NCBI GenBank assembly: GCA_046262615.1
Contig: JBHEML010000003.1
Coordinates: forward strand, 16,529-80,528
Origin: Candidatus Limnocylindria bacterium
Lineage (GTDB): Bacteria; Chloroflexota; Limnocylindria; P2-11E
Length of the DNA: 64,000 nucleotides
Reading direction: 5' to 3'
Part shown: piece by piece, positions 48,068-56,636 of the stretch
Layout of the letters: each line of letters begins with the position of its first letter
Position numbering within the stretch: the first letter of the stretch is position 1
The notes under the pieces: model-generated
What the model was told of the DNA's origin: nothing
The model's input: the letters and a program-made list of their open reading frames with translations, nothing else
Database searches by the model: none
Made by a program: the position numbers and the translations under genes

Positions 48068-50498
48068 TCACGAGCGCACGGTCGCTGCCAGCGTGTGGCC
48101 GAGGCGCCCCTCGATGCGCCGCAGCGAGCGTTCGATGTCATCCTCCGCGAGCGTCCCTGTGTCCGAGCGGAACGTCAGCCTCACCGCGACGGACTTGCGG
48201 CCCTCGCCCACCTGCGGGCCGCGGTAGATGTCGACGAGCGCCACGGACTCGAGTCCCGACTTTGCCGCGTCGCGGATCGCGCGCTCCACGTCGCCGAACG
48301 GGACCGCCTCGTCGAGCGCGATGGCGAGGTCGCGTGTCGCGGCCGGGTAGCGCGACGGAACGGTCACCGTCGTTCGCCGCGCGAGCGCGAACAGCGACCG
48401 GAGGTCGAGCTCGGCGACGAAGGCCGCCGGGGGCAGGTCCCACGCCGCGGCGACGCGCGGGTCGAGCTGCCCCCACGCGATCGCGATCCGGCCGTCGTGC
48501 GTCCACGTCTCGGAGCGCCCCGGGTGCATGCCGGGCGCGCCGGCCGCCACACCGTCGTGCGGGCGGGCCACGCCGAGCGCGTCGCAGAGGCCGCTCACCA
48601 ATCCCTCAAGGTCCCGCACGTCCCACGCGCGTCGCGCGACGAGCCACGTTTCGCCCTCACGCGCCGGCTCGGCGTCACCCGCGAGCCCGACGGCGATGGT
48701 CCAGCGCTCCTCCGGGAGGTCGCCCGCCCGGGGCAGGTACACCGGCGCGATCTCGAAGACGCCGAGGCTCGCGCGCTGCCGGTGATTCCGGCGAAGCGTG
48801 TCGAGGAGGCTCGCGCGGAGCGTCGGGCGCGCGGCAGACTGGCTGACGCTGGTCGGATTCGTGACCAGGAGAGGCGAGGGCGCGATCGGCGCGGTCGGCC
48901 GTGAGGCGCGCGAGCCACTCCGGATCGATGAGCGAATAGGAGATCGTCTCCTGAAGCCCGAATCCGACGAGGACGTCGCGCGCGCGCTCGCGAAGGTCCT
49001 CGATTGGGTGCGCCTCGTGGAGCGGGAGCGGTCCGTCGGGGATGCGCGTCGGGATGTGCTCATAGCCGACGATGCGCGCGACCTCCTCGATCACATCCTC
49101 GGGGATCGCGATGTCGGTCCGGATCGCGGGCGGGGTGGCGCTGATCTCGCCTTCGTGCACGTCGACTTCGAATTCGAGCCGCCGCAGCGCGTCGACCGCG
49201 TCGTCGTCCGCGATCGGGGTCCCGAGCACCCGCGCGATGTCGGCGCCGCGCAGCCGGACCGGCGTCGCCACGCGCGGACGCGGGTAGCGGTCGATCGCCC
49301 CGACGCAGCGTGCGCCCGCGTGGAGCTCGAGCAGCTCGACCGCGCGCGCGAGCGCCTGGGGCACGAGCGCCGGGCTCAGCTCCCAGGCGAACCTCCGGGC
49401 CGCGGCGCTGCCCGACGACCCGTGCAGGCCGAGCGCCATCGCGGTCCGGCCGATACCGCGCGGCTCGAACGACGCGCACTCGAGCGCGACGGTCGTCGTT
49501 TCTGCGCGGATCTCCGAATCCTCGCCGCCGAGGATGCCTGCGACGCCGAGCGCCCGTTCGGTGTCGGCGATCACGAGCGCGTGCGGTGGCAGCGCGCGTT
49601 CCACGCCGTCGAGCGTCCGCAGGCGCTCCTCAGGCGCCACGCGCCGTGCGATCAGGGTGTGCCCGCGAACGCGCTCGGCGTCGTACGCATGCAGCGGCTG
49701 ACCCAGCTCGAGCATCACGTAGTTGGTGATGTCGACGACGTTGTAGATCGGTCGCATGCCGGCCGAGGTGAGGCGCTCCTGCATCCACCGCGGGGATGGC
49801 CCCACGCGCACGTCCTGGAGCAGCGCGGCCGCGAAGCGCGGGCATCCCTGCGCGTCGTCGATGCGTACGTCGAGCCTGTCGCCAAGGTCCCCGAATTCGA
49901 GCGCCGCTCCTTCCGGTCCGCGCAGGCGGCCCCGCGTGAGCGCCGCAGCCTCCCGCGCGATGCCGACCACGCCGAGACAATCGGGACGGTTCGGCTGGAG
50001 CTCGAGCGCGAGCACGGTCTCGCCCAGCACGTCGGCGAGCGCGGCACCTACGGGAAGCGCGGCGTCGAGCCGCAGGATGCCGTCGTGGTCCTCCCCGATG
50101 CCGAGCTCGCGTTCCGACAGGACCATCCCCTCGCTCGGGATGCCGCGCATCCTGCGCGGCGCGAGGGTGGTCGGCTCGCCGGTATGCCCGTCGTTGATGC
50201 GCGCGCCGACCTCCGCGTACGGCACGACCGCTCCGACGTCGAGGTTCGTGGCTCCCGTGACGACGGTCCGGCTGCGGCCGGCTCCGTACTCGACGGTGGC
50301 GAGCGTGAGGCGGTCCGCATTGGGATGTTTCTCGAGGGCGGTGACGCGGCCGACCCACACCTTGTCCCACCCGCCTCCGGTGCGCTCGACGCGATCGACC
50401 TCGGTGCCCGACATGTGGAGCAGCCGCGCGAGCTCGTCCGCGGGTACCGTCACGTCGACGTATTCGCGCAGCCACGACACGGGCACCTTTATCAGCAC
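48068..50498 (-). pseudogene. pheT: phenylalanine--tRNA ligase beta subunit, interrupted by a +1 frameshift near 48876-48884
   Basis: The N-terminal 600 aa or so (VLIKVPVSWLREYVD...tRNA-binding, B3/4 and B5 domains) are in the frame of ORF 48675..50729. The C-terminal part (PLLVTNPTSVSQSAARPTLRASLLDTLRRN...FDX-ACB domain) is in the frame of ORF 48068..49063. The two frames meet in a C-run, cgcgccctcgcc. The gene length is 2431 nt, which is not a multiple of 3. Confidence 0.75.
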
Positions 50499-50502
50499 GT
50501 CG

Positions 50503-51591
50503 TCACACCGATTCCAGGTAGCGGACGTCGTTCTGCTGGAACATCCGGATGTCGGGCGTACCGGTGCGCAGCATCGCGAGCCGCTCGACGCCGCCGCCGA
50601 AGGCGAAGCCCTGGTAGCGCGCCGGGTCGTATCCCACGCGGTGCAGCGCCGCTGGATGCACCATTCCGCATCCCGCGGCCTCGATCCACCCGCTCCCGCC
50701 GCAGGTGCGGCATGGGGCCCCCGCGACATGGCCGGAGCCGTCGCACACGAAGCAGTCGAACGCGATCTCCGCCGAGGGCTCGGTGAAGGGGAAGTAGTCG
50801 GGGCGGAAGCGCACCTTCCGCTCGCTGCCGAAGAACTGGCGCGCGAATGCGTAGAGCACGCCCTTCAGGTCCGCCAGGCTCAGGTGGTCGTCGATGGCGA
50901 GGCCCTCGAACTGGAAGAAGACGCTCTCGTGAGTCGCGTCCGTCGCCTCATAGCGGTAACACCGTCCCGGGATCAGCACGCGGACGGGTGGCCGTCGCTG
51001 CTCCATGACGCGGATCTGCATCGGCGAGGTATGGGTGCGCAGCAGCGCGGGCCGATCGGGCTGGTCGCCGAGCGGATTCGAGACCCAGAGCGTGTTGAAC
51101 TTGTCTCGGGCGGGGTGTCCCTGCGGGATGTTCAGCGCCTCGAAGTTGTAGTAGTCCCACTCGACCTCGGGCCCCTCGACCGTCTCGAAACCGAGCGTCG
51201 CGAAGATCCGTGAGATCTCGCGCATGGTCCGGGTGATCGGGTGCAGCCGGCCGACGCGAATGCGCCTGGGCGGTGCCGTCAGGTCCTCGCGTTCGCCTCG
51301 GAGCTCGCGCTCGAGCTGGTCGGCGCGCAGCGCGGCCTCACGCTCCGCGAGCGCGTCCTCGATGCTGCGCTTGGCCGCGTTCAGGCTCGCTCCGTGCCGC
51401 GGCCGGTCGGCCACCGGCAGCGTCGAGAGCGTTTTCGCCGCCGCGGTCAGCACGCCGTCCCTCCGGCCCAGATAGCGGACTCGTGCGGCTTCGAGGGCGT
51501 CCCGGTCCGCGCAGGCGCGGATCTCGCCGATCGCCCGCTCCGCGAGGCCAACCAGGTCGTCGATGCCGCTCACGCTCCTCTCGGATAACAA
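50503..51591 (-). CDS. pheS: phenylalanine--tRNA ligase alpha subunit
   Basis: HPITRTMREI...class II aaRS motifs FRPDYFPFTEPSAE and GFAFGGGVERLAML. The start is TTG 51591 or GTG 51573. Confidence 0.9.
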   Translation of the reverse strand: MLSERSVSGIDDLVGLAERAIGEIRACADRDALEAARVRYLGRRDGVLTAAAKTLSTLPVADRPRHGASLNAAKRSIEDALAEREAALRADQLERELRGEREDLTAPPRRIRVGRLHPITRTMREISRIFATLGFETVEGPEVEWDYYNFEALNIPQGHPARDKFNTLWVSNPLGDQPDRPALLRTHTSPMQIRVMEQRRPPVRVLIPGRCYRYEATDATHESVFFQFEGLAIDDHLSLADLKGVLYAFARQFFGSERKVRFRPDYFPFTEPSAEIAFDCFVCDGSGHVAGAPCRTCGGSGWIEAAGCGMVHPAALHRVGYDPARYQGFAFGGGVERLAMLRTGTPDIRMFQQNDVRYLESV

Positions 51592-51624
51592 AAGGCCCGC
51601 CGTTCGTCGAGCGAAGGGCGGGCC
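51587..51624 (-). terminator. strong hairpin plus U-tract between rplT and pheS (terminator/attenuator)
   Basis: The minus strand reads GGCCCGCCCUUCGCUCGACGAACGGCGGGCC UUUUGUU. The 8-bp GC stem is extended by inner UUCG/CGAA pairs. The U-tract overlaps the candidate TTG start of pheS. Confidence 0.5.
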
Positions 51625-51651
51625 GTCCTCACCGCGGGCGATGCTCGCCCG

Positions 51652-52029
51652 CTAGGACCGCTCAGCCTGCTTGGTAAACCGCTCGTCCTTGACCATATCC
51701 ACGTAGTGGCGGAAGACCTTCGGGTCGCGCACGGCCATGTCCGCGAGGATCTTGCGGTCGAGCTGGACGCCGGCCATGCGCATGGCCGCCATCAGCCTGC
51801 TGTACGACACGCCCGATTCCCGCGAGGCCGCGTTGATGCGCGCTATCCAGAGAGCCCGGAACTCGCTCTTCCGCGCCCTGCGGTCACGGTAGGCATACGT
51901 CAAGGCGTGGAGCGCGGCCTCCCGCGCGGGCCGCACGAGCCGGCGCTTCGCGCCGCGGCGGCCTTCGGCCTGGTCCAGTAGCTTCTTGTGCTTCTTGTGC
52001 GCGGCGACCCCGCGCTTCACTCGTGACAT
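51652..52029 (-). CDS. rplT: 50S ribosomal protein L20
   Basis: MSRVKRGVAAHKKHKKLLDQAEGRRGAKRRLVRPAREA... Confidence 0.95.
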   Translation of the reverse strand: MSRVKRGVAAHKKHKKLLDQAEGRRGAKRRLVRPAREAALHALTYAYRDRRARKSEFRALWIARINAASRESGVSYSRLMAAMRMAGVQLDRKILADMAVRDPKVFRHYVDMVKDERFTKQAERS

Positions 52030-52039
52030 TGCGCCTCCG

Positions 52040-52237
52040 CTACAGGTTCGGGAGCAACTTGCGGACGAGCTTGATATCGCCCGGAGCGACGAGGCCCTTG
52101 CCCGCGTGCCGACGCTTGCGCGAGGGGGACTTGTGCTGGTTCAGGTGCCCCTTGTAGGCCTTGTTTCGGCTGATCTTGCCTCGCCCCGTCAGGGTGAAGC
52201 GCTTCTTCGCCCCGCTGTGGCTCTTGAGCTTCGGCAC
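52040..52237 (-). CDS. rpmI: 50S ribosomal protein L35
   Basis: GTG 52237 gives VPKLKSHSGAKKRFTLTGRGKISRNKAYKGH. An AAGGAGG SD lies upstream. The track's 23-aa N-terminal extension is not conserved. Confidence 0.85.
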   Translation of the reverse strand: MPKLKSHSGAKKRFTLTGRGKISRNKAYKGHLNQHKSPSRKRRHAGKGLVAPGDIKLVRKLLPNL

Positions 52238-52314
52238 GTACGGGCTGTCCTCCTTAGGTCCGGAAAACGCCAGTGTACGAAATATCGCCGTCAGCGTGCT
52301 GGGCATTCGCGTGA

Positions 52315-53109
52315 TCAGCGGCCGGGGCGCGTGCCTCCCGTCGCCGGGGCCCGCGGCGCGGCCGGCGCTGCAGCCACCGCCGGTCGGGTGCGTGCGACGG
52401 AAGCGGCGGGCTGAGCCGTGCCGGCGGGTCGCGGCGCGACGGGAGCGGCGGGCGCGGAGGCGGGCCGGGCGGCGGCGGCCGCGCCGGGCGGTGCGGCGTT
52501 CGTCGCGGCGCCCGCTTGCGCGGGGGCTCCAGTGCGGGGCCCGTTCGCAGCGGCCCCGGGCGGCGCTGTGGCCTGCACCGGAGCGCCGGTCTGCGCGTCG
52601 CGGCGCACGGGGTTCATCACCATGATCATCTGGCGCCCCTCGAGGAGCGGCATCCGCTCGATCGTGCCGTGGTCCTTCAGCTTGTCCCCCACCTCGAGAA
52701 GGAGCGTCCTGCCCCGATCGGGGTGCGCGAGCTCGCGCCCACGGAAGCGCACGGTGACCTTCAGCTTGTCGCCTTCGTCGAGGAATCGCGAGGCGGCCTT
52801 GACCTTGGTGTCGATGTCGTGGTCGTCGATCTTGGGCGCCATCCGGATCTCCTTCCAGGTGACCGCCCGCTGCTTCTTCTTGGCATCCTTCGCCCGCTGC
52901 TGCTCTTCGTAGCGGTACTTTCCGAAGTCGAGGATCTTGGCGACGGGCGGCTGTGCGTTGGGGGCGATCTCGACCAGGTCGTAGCCCTCGCTCTGAGCGA
53001 GCTGAAGGGCGCGCGCCGTCGGAACGACACCCAGCTGCTGCCCGTCGGAGCCGATCAGGCGGACGGAAGGAACTCGGATCTGGTCGTTGATCCGCAGCTC
53101 GGGGGCTAT
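52315..53109 (-). CDS. infC: translation initiation factor IF-3, with no in-frame canonical start before the conserved N-terminal domain and an Ala/Pro-rich C-terminal extension
   Basis: The minus-strand frame is open from TGA 53163..53161 and reads ...EGAPP IAPELRINDQIRVPSVRLIGSDGQQLGVVPTARALQLAQSEGYDLVEIAPNAQPPVAKILDFGKYRYEEQQRAKDAKKKQ...MAPKIDDHDIDTKVKAASRFLDEGDKLKVTVRFRGRE. The first ATG, GTG or TTG is the internal Met at 52842, which would delete the N-terminal domain. ATA at 53109..53107 is preceded by GAGGGAG at an 8-nt spacing; this is the start call. CTG 53094 is an alternative. Confidence 0.8.
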   Translation of the reverse strand: MAPELRINDQIRVPSVRLIGSDGQQLGVVPTARALQLAQSEGYDLVEIAPNAQPPVAKILDFGKYRYEEQQRAKDAKKKQRAVTWKEIRMAPKIDDHDIDTKVKAASRFLDEGDKLKVTVRFRGRELAHPDRGRTLLLEVGDKLKDHGTIERMPLLEGRQMIMVMNPVRRDAQTGAPVQATAPPGAAANGPRTGAPAQAGAATNAAPPGAAAAARPASAPAAPVAPRPAGTAQPAASVARTRPAVAAAPAAPRAPATGGTRPGR

Positions 53110-53179
53110 GGGCGGGGCTCCCTCGGTGGAGAGAAGGTCAGACGGACCTCGTGAGGCGCTTCAACTGAAGGACACTCTA

Positions 53180-54325
53180 TCACGCACGCCCCAGGTAGCC
53201 CCGGAGCCGTGCCCGCACGCCCGGCCACTCGTCGTCGGTGATGCCGAAGACCACGCTCGTTCGGATCCGGCCGTTCCACAGGATGCGCTCCTTCCGCAGG
53301 ACGGCCTCCTGGATCGCGCCGAGCCGTTCGATCGCGCGGCGCGAACGGTCGTTCTTTTCGTCCGTCTGGAGCCACACGCGGATGGCTCCGAGCTCCTCGA
53401 AGGCGTGGCGCAGCAGAAGCAGCTTGGCCTCCGTGTTCACGGCCGTACGCTGCCGCTCGGGCTCGTAGAAGGTCCAGCCGATCTCGGTGCTGCGGTTGGC
53501 GCGGTCGATGTTCGCGTACCGCGTCGTACCGATCGCCGTCCCGGAACCCGCATCCCTGACGAGGAACGGCACGTGCTTGCCGAGGACCTGGTTGTCGAGC
53601 GCCTGCCGGATGTACGCCGCGATCGCGTCGACGTCCTTTGGCGGAGGCGAGCTGACCCAGGTCCATAGCTCTGCGTGGTCGGCCGCCAGGAACAGGTCGG
53701 GCGCGTGTTCCATCCGCAGCGGTTCGAGCCGCACGTGCTCACCGGAGAGCGTGGCCGGCCGGGGGTCGAACGCCGTCGGCGCGGAGCTCGCGCGCACGAG
53801 GCCCATGACCGCCATGTCGGCCCAACGCGTCTCGGTGGCGCGCACGCCATCGCGCTCGATGCCCTCGACCTCGAAGCCGCAACGCTTGTAAGCCGCGATC
53901 GCGCGGTCGTTCGTCGCGACGACGTGCAGCCGCAGGCGGTGCAGACCGCGATCGTCGAGAAGGTGCCGCGCGAGAAGCCGGAGCGCCTCCGAGCCAAGGC
54001 CGCGTCCCCACAGCGAGCTCTCGCCGATCGCGATCCCGACGTCGGCGTTGCCATGGTGCTCGTTCAGGCGGCGGTAGTTCGCGAACCCGACCGGGCGTCT
54101 GTCATGGTCGATCGCGAAAAGCGCACCTTCCGGGGCCGCGAAGCGCTCTGCGAAGGCGCGCGCGGTCTCGACCGTCCAGTGCGGAGGATCCTGCTCGGTG
54201 CCCCACTGCAGGCGCGCGAATTCGGGGTCGTTCGCCCAGTCGGCGAGCGCGGCATCGTCCAGAGGCGTCCAAGGCCGGACAGACACCCGCTCCCCGGCAA
54301 GGATCGGAAGGTCTGCGGTTCTCAC
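53180..54325 (-). CDS. tandem GNAT N-acetyltransferase (two RimJ/RimL-like domains)
   Basis: GTG 54325 overlaps the thrS stop as GTGA. Domain 1 reads LPILAGERVSVRPWTPLDDAALADW...GIAIGESSLWGRGLGSEALRLL...AIAAYKRCGFEVEG. Domain 2 reads HVRLEPLRMEHAPDLF...AIERLGAIQEAVLRKERI. Confidence 0.7.
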   Translation of the reverse strand: MRTADLPILAGERVSVRPWTPLDDAALADWANDPEFARLQWGTEQDPPHWTVETARAFAERFAAPEGALFAIDHDRRPVGFANYRRLNEHHGNADVGIAIGESSLWGRGLGSEALRLLARHLLDDRGLHRLRLHVVATNDRAIAAYKRCGFEVEGIERDGVRATETRWADMAVMGLVRASSAPTAFDPRPATLSGEHVRLEPLRMEHAPDLFLAADHAELWTWVSSPPPKDVDAIAAYIRQALDNQVLGKHVPFLVRDAGSGTAIGTTRYANIDRANRSTEIGWTFYEPERQRTAVNTEAKLLLLRHAFEELGAIRVWLQTDEKNDRSRRAIERLGAIQEAVLRKERILWNGRIRTSVVFGITDDEWPGVRARLRGYLGRA

Positions 54326-56112
54326 AAAAGGTCCCGGGGAAGGGCCTTGGTGTCGCGTTCGGCAACGACCCGGACGACGAAGTCGTCCAGCGGCACGCCG
54401 CGCTCTTCCTGTCCCTGCGTCGCGCCGCGCGCGCGAACCGATACCGTCCTCGCGGCCGCCTCCCTGTCGCCCACCACGAGCATGTAGCAGGCCTTCCGCT
54501 GCTGGGCCTCCTTGATCCTCGTGCGCAGATCCGCGGCCTCCGCGTCGAGGTGCACGCGCAGGCCGCGCGCCCGGAGCGTCGCGGCAACCTCCTCGGCGTA
54601 CGCTCGCGCGCCTTCGCGCACGGGGATCACCGCGACCTGCTCCCACGCGAGCCACAGCGGGAAGTTCCCCGCATAGTGCTCGATGAGGCCGCCGACGAAC
54701 CGCTCGAGGCTCCCGAAGAGCACGCGGTGGATCATGACCGCGCGCTCGCGCTCGCCGCGCTCGTTGACGAAGGTCACGTCGAACCTGTCGGGGAGGTTGA
54801 GGTCGATCTGGATCGTTGGTCCCTGCCACTCTCGCCCGAGCGCGTCGTGGACCTTGATGTCGATCTTGGGCGCATAGAAGACGCCACCGCCCTGGTCGAT
54901 CTGGTAGTCGACCTTGCGGCATTCGAGCGCGCTGCGGAGCGCCTGCTCCGCCCGGTCCCACATGTCGTCGGTACCGAGCCTGCGCTCTGGCCGCGTCGCC
55001 AGGTACACGCGAGGGCTCGAGTAGCCGAACAGCCGCATGAATTCCATGGCGAGGTCGTAGACCTTCGCGATCTCGGCCTGCGCCTGCGCGGGGGCACAGA
55101 AGATGTGTGAATCGTCCTGCGTGAATCCGCGAACGCGGAGCATGCCGTGCAGCGTGCCGCCACGCTCATAGCGGTACACCGTCCCCAGCTCCCCGATCCG
55201 CAGCGGCAGCTCGCGGTACGACCGCACGCGGGACTGGAACACCTTGATGTGCCCGGGGCAGTTCATCGGCTTAATCCAGAAGTTCTGCGTGCCCTCGTCG
55301 AGCGCGAGAGGTCCGTACATGTTCTCGCCGTACTTCTCGAGGTGCCCGGATCGTTGATACGTGCGCTCGTGTGCGATGTGCGGGGTGTAGACCAGCGTGT
55401 AGCCGCGCTCGTGGTGCAACTGGCGCCACCACGCCTCGAGCTCCTCGCGCACGACAGATAGGTTCGGCAGCCACAGGACGAGGCCGGACCCCAGCTCCTC
55501 GTCGATGCGGAACAGCTCGAGGTCGCGCCCGAGGACGCGATGATCCCGGCGTTCGATCTCTTTCAGGCGCTCGAGGTGCTGGTCGAGCTCGGCCTGCGTC
55601 TGCCACACGGTCCCGTAGACGCGCTGCAGCTGCGCGTTGCTCTCGTCTCCACGCCAATAGGCGCCGGCGATCGAGAGCAGCTTGAACGGCCCGATCCCAC
55701 CCGTGCGTTCGACGTGCGGCCCGCGGCACAGGTCGACGAAGTCCGCGTGCCGGTAGATGCCGACGACGTCCTCCCCCACGGTCTCTTCGAGGTGGTCGAT
55801 CTGGTCCACCTTGAAGTCCTGCCCGCGAGCGGCGAAGAACTCCCGCGCCTCCCCGACGCCCATCTGGCCCCGCTCGAACGGCGCGTCGCGCTTCACCATC
55901 GCGCGCATCCGCTCCTCGATCCGCGGGAGGTCATCCGGGGCCAGCGGGCGCGGGAGGTCGAAGTCGTAATAGAAGCCATCGGCGACGGGAGGTCCGAACC
56001 CGAACTTCGCCTCCGGGAACAGCTCCAGCACCGCCCCGGCCATCACGTGCGCCGTCGAGTGCCGGAGCGCGTACAGCTCTTCCTCTGGTCGCGCGCCCCG
56101 CCGTTCCTGCAT
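54322..56112 (-). CDS. thrS: threonine--tRNA ligase (lacks N-terminal TGS domain)
   Basis: ATG 56112 gives MQERRGARPEEELYALRHSTAHVMAGAV..., which is the N2 editing domain. Class II catalytic motifs and an anticodon-binding domain follow. A GAGGAGG SD lies 5 nt upstream. Confidence 0.9.
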   Translation of the reverse strand: MQERRGARPEEELYALRHSTAHVMAGAVLELFPEAKFGFGPPVADGFYYDFDLPRPLAPDDLPRIEERMRAMVKRDAPFERGQMGVGEAREFFAARGQDFKVDQIDHLEETVGEDVVGIYRHADFVDLCRGPHVERTGGIGPFKLLSIAGAYWRGDESNAQLQRVYGTVWQTQAELDQHLERLKEIERRDHRVLGRDLELFRIDEELGSGLVLWLPNLSVVREELEAWWRQLHHERGYTLVYTPHIAHERTYQRSGHLEKYGENMYGPLALDEGTQNFWIKPMNCPGHIKVFQSRVRSYRELPLRIGELGTVYRYERGGTLHGMLRVRGFTQDDSHIFCAPAQAQAEIAKVYDLAMEFMRLFGYSSPRVYLATRPERRLGTDDMWDRAEQALRSALECRKVDYQIDQGGGVFYAPKIDIKVHDALGREWQGPTIQIDLNLPDRFDVTFVNERGERERAVMIHRVLFGSLERFVGGLIEHYAGNFPLWLAWEQVAVIPVREGARAYAEEVAATLRARGLRVHLDAEAADLRTRIKEAQQRKACYMLVVGDREAAARTVSVRARGATQGQEERGVPLDDFVVRVVAERDTKALPRDLL

Positions 56113-56420
56113 CTCGCCTCCTCGTGAAATCAAAAAGCCCCCGTCCCCGACTGGGACGAGAGGCTCTCGCGGTTCCACCCAGCTTCCGGCACGTGCCGCC
56201 GGCGCTTCGTTCGAGGGCTGTATGGGGCCCGCCCGCATCGCTCGGCGGTGGTGTCCTCGTCGCTCCCGGCCGGCTCGCACCTTCGCTCGGCTCTCTTGTC
56301 GGGTCCTGCGATCGGGGCGCTGTCCGCGTCCTCGCGAGGCCGGAATCCTACACCGGCCCGCCGCTCGACCGCCTGCGTGACCGAATGAACGCTCCCGGTG
56401 TCACGCGCCTGACGGCCGTC
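56113..56420 (-). promoter_or_regulatory. T-box riboswitch-like leader of thrS (T-box motif + intrinsic terminator)
   Basis: The minus strand reads ...AAGCUGGGUGGAACCGCGAGAGCCUCUCGUCCCAGUCGGGGACGGGGGCUUUUUGAUUUCACGAGGAGGCGAG AUG. GGGUGGAACCGCG matches the T-box consensus AGGGUGGNACCGCG. A 10-bp GC-rich hairpin with a five-U tail follows and ends 17 nt before the thrS ATG. Upstream there is an AGAGAG box and ACC-containing candidate specifier positions (GACACCACCGCC). Confidence 0.6.
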
Positions 56421-56636
56421 CACAACCTGGAGCGGTACACCCATCCACAAGCACGGGACAGGAGGATCGAACATGACGCGGCTGGCAAGCGTGGCACCGG
56501 CGAGGCTCTGGGAAAGGCTTCCGGCCGATGTCGCCTCCACCGGCGAGCGCCAGCCGGGCGTTCGGGTGCGCGGCGGATGGATCTCTGAGCTCGAGGACGA
56601 GCAGCGGCCGCGTGAGCGTGGAGACGAGGCCGGCCG

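Noticed and set aside
56130-56540. 136-aa minus-strand ORF in the thrS leader
   Set aside because: It lies inside the T-box-like leader with no SD and a junk composition. It is better explained as structured non-coding RNA.
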